From Chiloscyllium plagiosum (taxonomy: Eukaryota), in assembly GCF_004010195.1 (NCBI RefSeq), contig NC_057719.1, positions 85,624,336-85,688,335 on the forward strand: 64,000 nt of DNA. The letters are read 5' to 3'. Made by a program: the position numbers and the translations under genes. How positions within the stretch are numbered: the first letter of the stretch is position 1; each line of letters begins with the position of its first letter. Below are positions 51,801 through 64,000 of this stretch, one piece after another. The notes beneath the pieces were generated by a model, which was given only the letters and a program-made list of their open reading frames with translations, searched no databases and was not told the DNA's origin.

Positions 51801-54289
51801 ATAGTGTCGGATAGTTAGGCTTCAGCTTGGTTCCACTGGTCAACGCAACGTTGAGGTCTGAGGGCTTGTACTGTGCTGTAATGTTCTATGTTCCGTCTGT
51901 TTGTGGCAGAGATTTGCAAACAAACTCAGTGACATATCAAACTCCCTGTTCCCAGGCCAGTCCATACTTCCAGACCCAAGGACATAGTTCCCCTGTGTGA
52001 GGAGCAATTTTCTGACAGGATATATTAACATTGCAACATGAAGATACTGAGTGTGATAGAATTTGTTACATAAAACCATATCATATATTTTACTGTTTAT
52101 ATCATGTGCAGTACGTTTAAAACATCGGCAGATAGAACATAAAGACAAATGGGGTGATGTCATTCATGTTCGTCAGGAAAAAAAGCGAGAAACAGAACGT
52201 TTCTGTATAAATTGGTGGACAATTATAAAACACTATTGTCCAGGATGCATTTATGGTTAATAGCAAAACTAAGACGAATGATTCTGAATGTGTCAGTCAG
52301 TCAGCAGCCATTTTAGGTTTGTTGAAGGCAGCCATTTCATGTTAGCATGGCAATGACGTTGATTTTCCAAATAGGGAAAGGTAAGGGAGAGTGGAGAGGT
52401 GGGAGTGCATGTCCATTTGAGTGCAGTGTGGATTCCCCAGAATGCTAGTTGGACAGCAAGGGTTTAGTGGTGAGGGAGTGAAATGGCACAAACTCAGGGT
52501 TGTCCCTGGAATTTAGATGGATCTGAGATGGTTGAAATTTTCAACATAATAATGGAAAGTGCTGTGTTAGATGAAGAGATAGATTTCTTGCTGCTTCTGG
52601 AGTCTAGAGCTGGGATCATCATCTAACAATCTAACAATACTCTGAAAGCCGTTTGGAACTCTCAGGCCATGTTCATCATGGAGTCAGATATTGAATAAAT
52701 CACTCTCAACTCTGTCCCCATCAAACACTCCCAGGACAGGGACAGCATGGGCTTAGTTACAGAGCAAAGTCCTTAAGAAGGTGGTCGTGAGCTGTCTTAT
52801 TGAGCTGTTACACTGCATAAAACTGACAGAATTTCAGAGTCTGATTTTTATTTTGGAGAAACGGAATGGAGCAGAAATGAAACAGCAGTTTTCTTTGCTA
52901 CAGCTCCTGGTTGAACATTTAACCATAACTACTGAGTTAGACACTAGAACCTCATTGATGGTCTCAGTCGGTTCATATACAGCATAGTACATCGCAGGGA
53001 GTGAGTTAGAGGCTGGAATGTAATTGAGGTGATCGGGGATATGTATAAAATAACATATAATGTGAGACAAATTACAAATGGGAATTTAATCAAGAGGGTC
53101 AGTATGGTTTATGCACAAATTATTGGATATCCGGGAATGAGCTACAGACTGGAATCTAATTGATGAGTTCAGAGTGGTCTGTACAGAGTATCGGATTCCC
53201 AGGAGTGAGTTACAGATTGGAATCTATTCGTAGGAATCGAGGAAATTTATATCCAGAATAATATCTCAGGGGCATTTTGACATTATTTATATTTAAAATA
53301 ACTGATGCCTGAGAGTGAGTTACAGGTTGAAATGAGATCCAGAAGTTTTGGGGGATTTGATTGTTGTATGTACGTTTGTTTGTGTGTATTGTGGTTGTGT
53401 TTGCCTGTGTGTTTACTTGTGTGTGTGTGCGTATGCGTGCGTGTCAGAGTAAATCTCTCAGACACCGAATTCCCTCCTTTCCTAGGCTCAGCTATGGTCC
53501 CAGGCTGTTCCCGCAGCCCTTACCCCGGGTCAGTCCAGTCTCAGCCGTCTGTCGGAAGAAAGGAAGGTCCCTTCTCCACTCCGCTAGTGGGGGTGTCACT
53601 ATCATCTCTCCGACTCCTCCCCCCCCACCCCCACTCTAGCTCTGCTCCTGAACCCACCTCCCTCCCAGGCTCATGTTGTACCAGGGCCTCACTGTTGCCT
53701 GTAACATCATCTCCATTCCCCCTCACTCGCCCCAATCTCCCCGACACCATGAAGCCTGTCTGCCCTCTGTGGTGCCCACTCAGTCGCTCGGGAAACATCC
53801 CCCCTTACACCGACAGTGACTGTGGTGCCACACACTGTCACCCACCACGTTACCCTCTGCTCTATCATCCCAGGGAGGAAAACAGGACAGAAAGAGTCAA
53901 GATGGGTGGAGGGCTGCTGGCCATTCAGCAACTCCCCCTTTCTGTACCTCAGACTGACCCGAACAGGACCAGGACAGGTTGCTGTCAGCAATGATAACCC
54001 TCCTGGCTCTCAGCCCCCAGTGACATGGCAAGGCAGTGACAATGTGCACCGAGAAACGAGAAAGTGTAAATGGGTCAGGAAGCATGAGAAGAGCTCGAGA
54101 CAAAGGTGGGAAAATATTGGGCAATTAGGATCCAAATAAAATTAACTGAGCTGTGAAGATGTTCCTTGTGCTAAGTGGAGGACAGTTCCATTTGCAGAAC
54201 ATGGGAAAATACAGATGCAGGGAGCTGTTATAAAGTTTTTTCTAAATAAATAGATTGCTAAAGAATAGTTAAAATTGAATAGAAAGTAC

Positions 54290-56620
54290 TTTATAATATT
54301 TCAATAATTTCAGTAATTTACCGATTACACTGAATGGGTATTTGACTGCATTCTTCAGCTGCTCTGAATTTAGTCTGGGTCACTGCATAAATACAGGTAT
54401 TGGTGCAGGTACTCAAAAGCTGCAGCATGTAGCCAGATCGTTCAGTGATATACGCAGGATCATGGGGACCTGTGTCGTAATAAGTGTTTGTAAGTCACCA
54501 ATAAAAGAAATACACAACATTATCATCCATAACGGGATAAAACTGCCTAAGATGGTGAAGATGTGACTCTGAGGTGCCAGTATTGGACTGGGGTGGACAA
54601 GGTTAAAAATCACACAATACCAGGTTATAGTCCAACAGGTTTATTTGGAAGCACTAGCTTTCGGAGCGCTGTTCCTTCATCAGGTGATTGTGGAGGATAA
54701 GATCATGATCACAGAATATATCGCCAAAGGAGTCCAGTGTCACAGAGATGTGATACATTAAACAACTTTAGATTAAATCTTGCATCTTTTAAAATGGGAC
54801 ATGCTAGTTCCTGTTCTTTGAGTTGTAAATTCCAGAACTTCTTTTAAATTACATTTGCAAGATAGTTCAGCTTTTCTGTGCCTCAATGTTGAGTCAGATT
54901 AGATTAGATTACAGCGTGGAAACAGGCCCTTCAGCCCAAGTCCAAACCGACCCACCAGAAGTGCAACCACCCAGACCCATTCCCCTACACCTAACACTAC
55001 AGGCAATTTAGCATGGCCAATTCACCTAACCTGCACATTTTTGGACTCCGGAAGGAAATCGGCGCACCCGGAGGAAACCTATGCAGACACGGGGAGAATG
55101 TGCAAACTCCACACAGACAGCCGCCTGAGGCAGGAATTGAACCCGAGTCTCTGGCGCTGAGGCAGCAGTGCTAACCACTGTGCCACCATGCCACCCATTG
55201 TCGAGCCCTCTCGGAGAAAGTGAGGATTTCAGATGTTGGAGATCAGAGTCGAGAGTGTGGTGCTGGAAAAGTACAGCAGGACAGGCAGCATCCAAGGAGC
55301 AGGAGAATCGATGTTTTGGGCATAAGGCCTTCATCAGGAAGGGTTGACAAGCCCTCTGCATAGTTTTACAGAGTTTTACATGGATTCATGCAGTTTTTGA
55401 ACAAAATAAAATGCAATTTTGCAAAAACAAATTCACCCCAGACACTTATATTTGGGCATGTGTAGGAACGACGGAGTGAGTGTGCATGTGAGTGTGTGTG
55501 TATGGATGTGAGTGCATATGACAGAGTGTGTGTGCATATGTGTGTGTATTAGCTTGGTTGAGTGTGTGTGTCAGTATGATGGGGCATGTGTCTGTGAGAG
55601 GGTGCGTGTGTGGGTGCGTGTGAGGGATGACTGTGCACATGAGAGAGGGAGACCTTGTGTATGAGAGAGGGTCTGCGTTTGTGTGTATGTGCGCATGTGT
55701 GTGCGCGCGTGTGTGTGTTTATTGGGCAGTGCGGTCACCTATTGTGTGACATGGATCCAAGGTCCTGGTTGAGGCCATCCCCATGGGTACCAAACTTTGC
55801 GATTAGCTTCTGCTCAGCCACTCTGCATTGTTGTTTGTCCCGAAATCCGTCTTGGAGGATGGTCACCTGAAGTTCTGAGGCTGAATGTCCCAGACCGCTG
55901 AAGTGTTCCCCAGCTGGGAAGGAACAATCCTGCCTGGTGATTGTTGTGCAGTGCCCATTCATCGATTGCCGTAGCCTCTGCTTGGTCTCACCAATGTACC
56001 ATGACACAGGGCATCCTTGCTTGCAGCGTATGAGACAGACAATGCTGTCGAGTCACAGGAGTTCTCGCTGCGGTACATGGTGGGAGGTGTCCCCATGTGT
56101 AATGGAATTATCCATATCGATACTCTGACACATCTTACAGCAGCTGCTGGAACAGGGTTGTATGGTGTTATCCTGAACGCTGGGCAGTTTGCTGCGCACA
56201 ATGGTCTATTGAAGGTTTGGTGGTTGTTTCAAGGTGAGAAGTGGAGGCATGGGGAAGGGCTTGGTGAGGTGATCACCCTCATCGATAATGTGTTTTAGGC
56301 AGCAAAGAATATGACGTAGTCGTTTGGTTCCTGTGAAGTACTGGACAGTGAAGGGTACCCTGTCAGTTGCAGCCTGTGTCTGTCTCCCGAGGAGGTCGTT
56401 ATGGTTTCTCGCTGTGGCACGTTGGAACTGGCGGTTGATGAGTTGAGCATTGTACCCTGTTTTTATAAAGGCATCCTTGAGCAGTAAACTGATGGATTTC
56501 CTGCGGCTCTCCATCTCTGGGTCAGTGTGATTCTCACTCTTGCTGTGATCCAGTAGCTTCCTGCGGATTCTGCTGGTCACTAAAATGTGTCTGACAGTCA
56601 GAGCATTGAGCAGTAAAATC
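54290..56620 (-). pseudogene. GPR139-like pseudogene 3' half (right-arm counterpart), split by the same Penelope-like insertion
   Basis: Same TM5-ICL3 segment (56620-56480), same insertion point, same TGA (54497-54495) and same TM7 motif. Confidence 0.85.
54570..56480 (-). mobile_element. Penelope-like element (counterpart of 290-1950) with nested HE1-like SINE at about 54895-55195
   Basis: WYIGETKQRLRQSMNGH GIY-YIG remnant and hammerhead-like core at 54683-54655. Confidence 0.82.
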
Positions 56621-56624
56621 AGTG

Positions 56625-57490
56625 AATGGGTATTGGCTACAATCTTCAGCTGCTCTCTGAATTTAGTCTGGGTCACTGCATAAATACAGGTGTTGGTGCA
56701 GGTACTCAAAAGCTGCAGCATGTAGCCTGATTGTTCAGTGATATACGGAGGATCATGGGGACCGGTGTAACCTGAAATGTATGAAATTCATCCATAACAG
56801 AAAAAGCCTACATTTGTCATCCATAACAATATGAAACTGCCTGAGATGGTGAAGAGTAAAATGACGGATTTCCTGCGGCTCTCCATCTCTGGGTCAGTGT
56901 GATTCTCTCTCTTGCTGTGATCCAGTAGCTTTCTACGGATCCTGCTGGTCACTAAAATGTGTCTGACTGTCAGAGCATTGAGCAGTAAAATCAGAATGAA
57001 TGGGAGGAAAGGAGTTAAAATAATACTCAGAGTATGAAAGGTTATCCAGGCAGTTTCTGTGAAAAATCTCTCTGACTCAATACCCCCCCAGGACACATCA
57101 TCAATGACATATTCAGGTTCATATATAAAATACCAAGGAATATTTTTCGAGCAGAACCCCACTCACTGTTGTAATAACCACAGTTGCAGTTCTCTTTGTG
57201 CAATATTTTGTCTTCAGTTTCTGACAAGAAATTGCAACAAATCGATCAAAGGTGAAACTGACAGTGATCCAGACGGAGATGTCCGTGGCTGCAGAAAGCA
57301 GGACATGTGAAAGGGAAACTGCAGGAGTGGTGTCCAGGTAAATCCCTGGGAAATTAAATGGGATCATTGTGAACAGTATCACATAAAACGACCAGTAGAT
57401 TTGCAACTGCCATTGCCACCAGGTGGTGGGTGATACATTTGCAGAGTCCACACCTGTCACGTGTCAGGATGAGAATGGCCACTAAGTTAA
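56625..57490 (-). pseudogene. GPR139-like pseudogene, near-complete main exon with frameshifts
   Basis: Acceptor ttgtttcag, NLVAILILTRDRCGL, AATDISVWITVSFTFDRFVAISCQKLKTKYCT, KNIPWYF, STCTNTCIY. Frameshifts near 57385 and 57160 relative to the 60 kb copy. Confidence 0.88.
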
Positions 57491-57839
57491 CTGAAACAAA
57501 TGCAATTACACCAATAGGATTATGCATCAGCATTGAAAGACAGACGTCTCAGAAAACAATATAAGAATGCAGAGTTATAAATAATTCAGCCTTCTGAGCT
57601 GTCCCCCTATTCTTACACCTGATAGATAATCTACATTGTCAGTCATTTCCCTGTATTCACTCTCGAAGACACAATATCCTTGCTGTTCATAAAAAGCCCT
57701 TCAAGGGCAGTTTTGATAGTCTAAATATTTAAACTTTTCTGGATTGTCACTTTGATGAAAATAGGTTCGCTCCTCTAAGCTGCCATATCATTGAATTGCT
57801 TCATCACATTAAATCAAGCACCTCTTAGTCCTACATATA

Positions 57840-58762
57840 ATTAGATTAGATTAGATTCCTTACAGTGTGGAAACAGGCCCTTCGGCCCAAGAAGTCCACA
57901 ACAACCCTCCTAAGAGTAACCCATCCAGACCTATTTCCCTCAGACTAATGCACCTAACACTATGGGCAATTTAGCATGGCCAATTCACCTGACCTGCACA
58001 TCTTTGGATTGTGGGAGGAAGCCGGAGCAAACTCATGCAGACACGGAGAGAATGTGCAAACTTCACACAGGCAGTCACCCAAGGCTGGAATCAAACCTGG
58101 GACCCTGGTGCTGTGAGGCAGCAGTGCTAATCACTGAGCCACTGTATGTTAAAATGGGTCAGAGGACGATGGTAAAGGGGAGGTCTTGGCTGTTCAGACC
58201 TGATGGTATCAATTTGATCATGACCTATCCAGATCCCATTTCATGTTTGCAACATTCCCCACAAATGTCTCTCACAATACTGTGTTAATATTATTGTGGG
58301 CTTTGTGGAGTAGACAGGGAGAGGGAGTGACTTTCTCATTGTGGGAACCAGCAACATAGTATGGATGAGTTTCAGTGGAATTAAATACGTACCTGAGGAA
58401 AAGGGGAAAAGAGGGTTTTGCTGATCGATGAGAAGTTTTAGCTGGTGAAATCTAGATTGCTTTTAACACACAGTGGCTCAGTGATTAGCACTGCAGCCTC
58501 ATAGTAGCAGGGTCCCAGGTTTGATTCCAGCCTTGGGTGACTGTCTGTGTGGAGTTTGCACATTCTCCCTGTGTCTGCATGGGTTTCCTCCGGGTGCTCT
58601 GGTTTCCTCCCCCAGTCCAAAGATGTACAGGTCAGGTGAATTGGCCATGCTAAATTGCCTATAGTGTTAGCTGCATTGGTTAGAGTGAAATGGGTCTGAG
58701 TGGGTTACTCTTCGGAGGGTCGGTGTGGACTGGTTGGGCCGAAGGGAATCTAATCTAATCTA
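57840..58762. mobile_element. Two HE1-like SINEs in head-to-head inverted orientation (57840-58145 minus; 58470-58762 plus)
   Basis: A/B boxes, shared core, and (TCTAA)n tails at the outer ends. Confidence 0.82.
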
Positions 58763-59748
58763 AAATGCATAACACGAGTGAGTCTCAGTCATGATGACCA
58801 TGACAACTATTACTGAATGTTTTAAAAACACATCTTGCTCATTATTATCCTTTAGAGATGGAAATCTGCTATCATTACCTGAACTACACAGACAGGAAGC
58901 TGGAAGAACACAGCAAGCCAGGCAGCATCAGGAGGTGAATGAGTCGACGTTTTGGGTGTAACTCTTCTGCAGAGTGCTAGGTTGTGGGGAAGAGTAGATC
59001 AGGGAACAAATGCTTACTGAAGCAGGTTTGATTTTTAAAACTCCAATTGACTGAACCTCAATAAAGTTGGAAGACACAGCAGCAGGAAGGTGAGATGATG
59101 GAAGAAGGGAGTTGATGATTGATGAATGTTGGGTTTAAAACTGGAGAGGACTGAACAGTTGAAGAGATTTGGTCCTCATGGACCAGCTATTGAAATCTGT
59201 GATCACCACTTGAAGTTTTAAAACAGAACTTTTAAAAAAGGAAATGAANNNNNNNNNNNNNNNNNNNNNNNNNNNNNNNNNNNNNNNNNNNNNNNNNNNN
59301 NNNNNNNNNNNNNNNNNNNNNNNNNNNNNNNNNNNNNNNNNNNNNNNNNNNNNNNNNNNNNNNNNNNNNNNNNNNNNNNNNNNNNNNNNNNNNNNNNNNN
59401 NNNNNNNNNNNNNNNNNNNNNNNNNNNNNNNNNNNNNNNNNNNNNNNNNNNNNNNNNNNNNNNNNNNNNNNNNNNNNNNNNNNNNNNNNNNNNNNNNNNN
59501 NNNNNNNNNNNNNNNNNNNNNNNNNNNNNNNNNNNNNNNNNNNNNNNNNNNNNNNNNNNNNNNNNNNNNNNNNNNNNNNNNNNNNNNNNNNNNNNNNNNN
59601 NNNNNNNNNNNNNNNNNNNNNNNNNNNNNNNNNNNNNNNNNNNNNNNNNNNNNNNNNNNNNNNNNNNNNNNNNNNNNNNNNNNNNNNNNNNNNNNNNNNN
59701 NNNNNNNNNNNNNNNNNNNNNNNNNNNNNNNNNNNNNNNNNNNNNNNN

Positions 59749-60277
59749 GAGCATTGAGCAGTAAAATCAGAATGAATGGGAAGAAAGGGGTTAAAATAAT
59801 ACTTAGAGTATGAAAGGTTGTCTATGCAGTTTCTGTGAAAAATCTCTCTGACTCAATACCGCGTCCCCCAGGACACATCATCAATGACATATTCAGATTC
59901 ATACATAAAGTACCAAGGAATATTTTTCGAGCAGAACCCCACACTCACTGTTGGAATAACCACAGTTGCAGTTCTCCCTGTGCAATACTTTGTTTTCAGT
60001 TTCTGACAAGAAATTGCAACAAATCGATCAAAGGTAAAACTGACGGTGATCCAGACGGAGATGTCCGTGGCTGCAGAAAGCAGGACATGTGAAAGGGAAA
60101 TTGCGGAAGTGGTGTCCAGGTAAATTCCTGGGAAATTAAATGGGATCATTGTGAACAGTATCACATCAGTGACAACGACCAGGAGATCTGCAACTGCCAT
60201 GGCCACCAGGTAGTGGGTGATACATGTGGAGAGTCCACATCAGTCACGTGTCAGGATGAGAATGGCCACTAAGTTAG
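59749..60277 (-). pseudogene. GPR139-like pseudogene main exon, truncated by gap
   Basis: AMAVADLLVV..TFDRFVAISCQKLKTKYCT..KNIPWYF. Premature TGA at 60242-60240 and a frameshift near 59860. Confidence 0.85.
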
Positions 60278-60727
60278 CTGTAACAAATGCAATTACACCA
60301 GTAGGATTATGCATCAGCATTTATAGACAGACATCCCTGAAAACAATACAAGAATGCTGAAGTCATAAATAATTCAGCCTCTTGAGTTGCCCCCATATTC
60401 CTCCAAGTGACAGATAATGTACATTGTCAGTCATTTCCCTGTATTCACTCTTGAAGACACAATATCGTTGCTGTTCATAAAAAGCTCTTCAAGGTCAGTT
60501 TTTATAGCTGTGCACAGTCACACAGATGAAAATAGGTTCACTTTTTCCACCTTTTAACTGTTAATCATATCAAGTCAATCACTCCTTAGTCCTTCATATC
60601 CACAGGAATATATTTCCTCTCATGTGTCCTATCAGCCTGGCTACCTTTCTGCTGTATACATTACAAGGCTGGTTTGGGTCATTGGGGAGTGGGGGATGGT
60701 GGGGGGTTAGGTCATGGTGGGAACCAT

Positions 60728-62567
60728 TTCTGTGAGTACTGTAGGGGGGGAATATTGGGTCAGGGTTTGTGGAGGCATGTAAGGTCCTACAGTGAAAGTG
60801 TGTTCAGTTCTGGTGGTGGACAGAGGGGTGTGAGGCCTAGTGGTGGGATCCGAGGACAGTGGGAAATGCTGAATGTGGCTTGTGGAGGGAAATGGTTCAC
60901 TACTGAGGTAAGTCTGGGGTTTATTGACTAGCTATTCAGGGATTAGACTCAGTATGTAATGGTCTAACCTCTCCTGAGTGCCAATTTACATAATTTCAGA
61001 AGAGTCTTCCAAATCCTCTGTGGAGACCAGCAGAATATCTGAGGTAATGAGGAATTTTTGAGGAGAATTTCGTAGGCAATTCCTTCAGAGTGGGCAATGA
61101 TGGGCATTCCACAGGGTCCCTCTGTGCAACTCTTATCTGTGCTGGAATAACACATGCCTGGGCATCGGGAAATCCAGGCCAATGATTCTGGGGAGCAAGG
61201 ATCGAAAGGGTTTAGAACATATTTACAAGGACATTGCCAGGGTTGGAGAGTTTGAACTATAGGGAGAGACTGGAAAGCTGGGGCTGTTTTCCCTGGAGCA
61301 GCGGCGGCTGAGGGGTGACCTTATAGAGGTTTATAAAATCATGAGAGACATGGATAGGATAAATAGGCAAGGTCATGTCCTCGGGGCAGGGGCAGTCCAG
61401 AACTAGAGGGCATAGATTTAGGGTAAGATGGGAAAGATATAAAAGGGACATAAAGGGTAACGTTTTCATGCAGAGGGTGGTGTATGTATGGAATGAGCTG
61501 CCAGAGGAAGTGGTGGAGGCTGGTGCCATGACAGCATTTAAAAGGCATCTGGATGAATACATGAATAGGGAGCATTTACAGGGATATGGGCCAAGTGCTG
61601 GCAAATGGGACTAGATTAGTTTAGGATGTCTGGTCGGCATGGATGATTCTGTGAGTACTGTAGGGGGGGAATATTGGGTCAGGGTTTGTGGAGGCATGTT
61701 AGGTCCTACAGTGAAAGTGTGTTCTGTTCTGGTGGTGGACAGAGGGGTGTGAGGCCTGGTGGTGGGATCCGAGGACAGTGGGAAATGCTGAATGTGGCTT
61801 TTGGAGGGAAATGGTTAACTACAGGTGAGGTAAATATGGGGTTTATTGAATAGCTATTCAGGGATTAGACTCAGTATTTAATGGTCTAACTTCTCCTGAG
61901 TGCCAATTTACATAATTTCAGAAGAGTCTTCCAAATCCTCTGTGGAGACCAGCAGAATGTCCGAGGTAATGAGGAATTTTTGAGGAGAATTTCGTCGGCA
62001 ATTCCTTCGGAGTGGGCAATGATGGGCATTCCACAGGGTCCCTCTGTGCAACTCTTATCCGTGCTGGAATAACACATGCCTGGGCATCGGGAAATCCAGG
62101 CCAATGATTCTGGGGAGCAAGGATCGAAAGGGTTTAGAACATATTTACAAGGACATTGCCAGGGTTGGAGAGTTCGAACTATAGGGAGAGACTGGAAAGC
62201 TGGGGCTGTTTTCCCTGGAGCATCGGCGGCTAAGGGGTGACCTTATAGAGGTTTAGAAAATCATGAGAGACATGGATAGGATAAGTAGCAAGGTCATGTC
62301 CCTGGGGCAGGGGCAGTCCAGAACTAGAGGGCATAAATTTAGGGTAAGATGGGAAAGATATCAAAGGGGCATAAAGGGTAACGTTTTCATGCAGAGGGTG
62401 GTGTATGTATGGAATGAGCTGCCAGAGGAAGTGGTGGAGTCTGGTGCCATGACAGCATTTAAAAGGCATTTGGATGAATACATGAATTAGGAGGGTTTAC
62501 AGGGATATGGGCCAAGTGCTGGCAAATGGGACTAGATTAGTTTAGGATGTCTGGTCGGCATGGATGA
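60728..62567 (+). repeat. Direct tandem duplication, about 920-bp unit x2, each including a CR1 3' end
   Basis: ttctgtgagtactgtagggggg at about 60728 and 61647. Near-identical units ending ggcatggatga. Confidence 0.92.
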
Positions 62568-64000
62568 GTTGGACAGAAGGGTCGTTTCTGTGCTACACAT
62601 TTCTATGACTCCATGTGTCTATCATAGATAGTGATCCCAGAGAGCCAGGGGATTCCAGATCGTAATCCAAGAGAACAAGGAAATCCCTGTTAAGGAAAGG
62701 AGCACACAAGGACAATGCATGGATTGATTTGTGGTGGAACATAACAGTAAGGCCCCGCTCGGACAGTGAACATTGTGGTGGAGTGTATCAACTCAGCAAA
62801 CTGGGTGGAGGTTGCGGGTGGGTCAGAGGACGATGGTAAAGGGGAGGGTCTTGGCTGTTCAGACCTGATGGTATCAATTTGATCATGACCTGTCCAGATC
62901 CCATTTCATTTTGGCAATATTCTCCACAAATGTCTCTCACAATGCTGTGTTAATATTATCGTGGGCGTTATAGAGTGGACATGGAGAGGGAGGGTGTTTC
63001 TAACTGTGGGGGCCAGCAACATAGAGACTATCAGTATCAACATATTAACCCAGAGAATAGTGAGAATGAAGGGGGTTGCTGGAACAGGGATTAGTTCAGG
63101 TGAATGGTATGGATGAAGTTCAGTGAAATTAAATACGTATATGAGGGAGAGGGGAACAGAGGGTTTTGCTGATAGATGGAATGTTTTAGAGCAACATTCC
63201 CAATAAGCCACTCTGAGGTTCTGCACACAGCGTTCGGAATCAGCACGCCGACTGCAGCATTGACTTCCCGTTCTGGAAGTTATTGCCGCACATCGACCAT
63301 GGAGACCCAGGCAGCTGGTAAGAAAATTAGAGGGAACGCTGGCCCGAAGGCCAAGAATCAGATCCCACCTGGTCCAGAGATGTGTAATCCACCTCTGAAC
63401 AGAGAGCTTACAGGGATCCCTCAGCCCCATTTACCACATGTTCATTCTGGGTGCGAGAAATAATTCTACACATACTGTAGGTGACATAAGATTCAATAGG
63501 CTTTCCTGAAAACTTGCTGTAGCTGTAAACTAACCTTCAGTGATTCACACACTAGGAATGCCCAGATCTCTCTACATCTCAGAACACCACAATGTCTCAC
63601 CGTTTCGATAGTAGGCTTGTTTTTATTCTTTCTGCCAAAATGGATAATGTCACACTCAGGGACACATCTGTGATGTCGCTGGGAGTAGACCTGTTGCCTC
63701 CAAAGTAAGGATACTGCCACAGAACCACTACAGTCCTTCAAGTCCCGAGTGACTGACCCTTCAACAATGTCATCATTGTTAATGCGCTGTCCAGCAACAG
63801 ATCTGAAGGAATTCTACTTTGAAATCTTCGCTCTTGTCTATCTTTCTTTTTTCTCCATGTTGTTTCATCCCATATTTCATTCCAACTCTAGTCTTTTTCT
63901 GTTCCTAATTGGGTCCATTATTATGACTGTGCATAAATAGATCTCTGTTCACCTGAATTAACAGTGATACTGAAGACCAGGAGGGAAGGCAATGCCCCAA

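Larger units (their letters stand above)
37010..56620 (-). repeat. Right arm of large inverted segmental duplication
   Basis: Same blocks as the left arm in reverse order and orientation, with scattered substitutions and arm-specific indels and TE insertions. Confidence 0.93.

Noticed and set aside
62906..63430. 174-aa ORF with a hydrophobic stretch as possible GPCR exon 1
   Set aside because: No recognisable TM1 motif, and the paralogous flank at 58155-58430 lacks that stretch.

Overview
Repeat-dense vertebrate genomic DNA, most likely from a cartilaginous fish (inferred from HE1-type SINEs, CR1 LINEs, Penelope-like elements and an expanded GPR139-like family). It has three N gaps: 3473-4181, 32756-33255 and 59249-59748. 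Most of the window is one large diverged inverted duplication, with a left arm at about 160-30735 and a right arm at about 37010-56620. Each arm carries a GPR139-like pseudogene, a Gmr1-type (INT before RT) Gypsy element and two small conserved exons. The unique spacer holds a minus-strand exon of at least 1.35 kb encoding a bacterial-toxin-type C80 cysteine protease domain (MARTX/TcdB CPD family) with intact catalytic His and Cys. Splice phases link it to upstream exons in the right arm that begin with a signal-peptide-like sequence. This suggests a secreted CPD-containing protein gene, with a converging paralog in the left arm. Penelope-derived repeats throughout carry minimal hammerhead ribozyme motifs, including a young perfect fold-back element with two of them. 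All alignments were done by eye and repeat boundaries are approximate.
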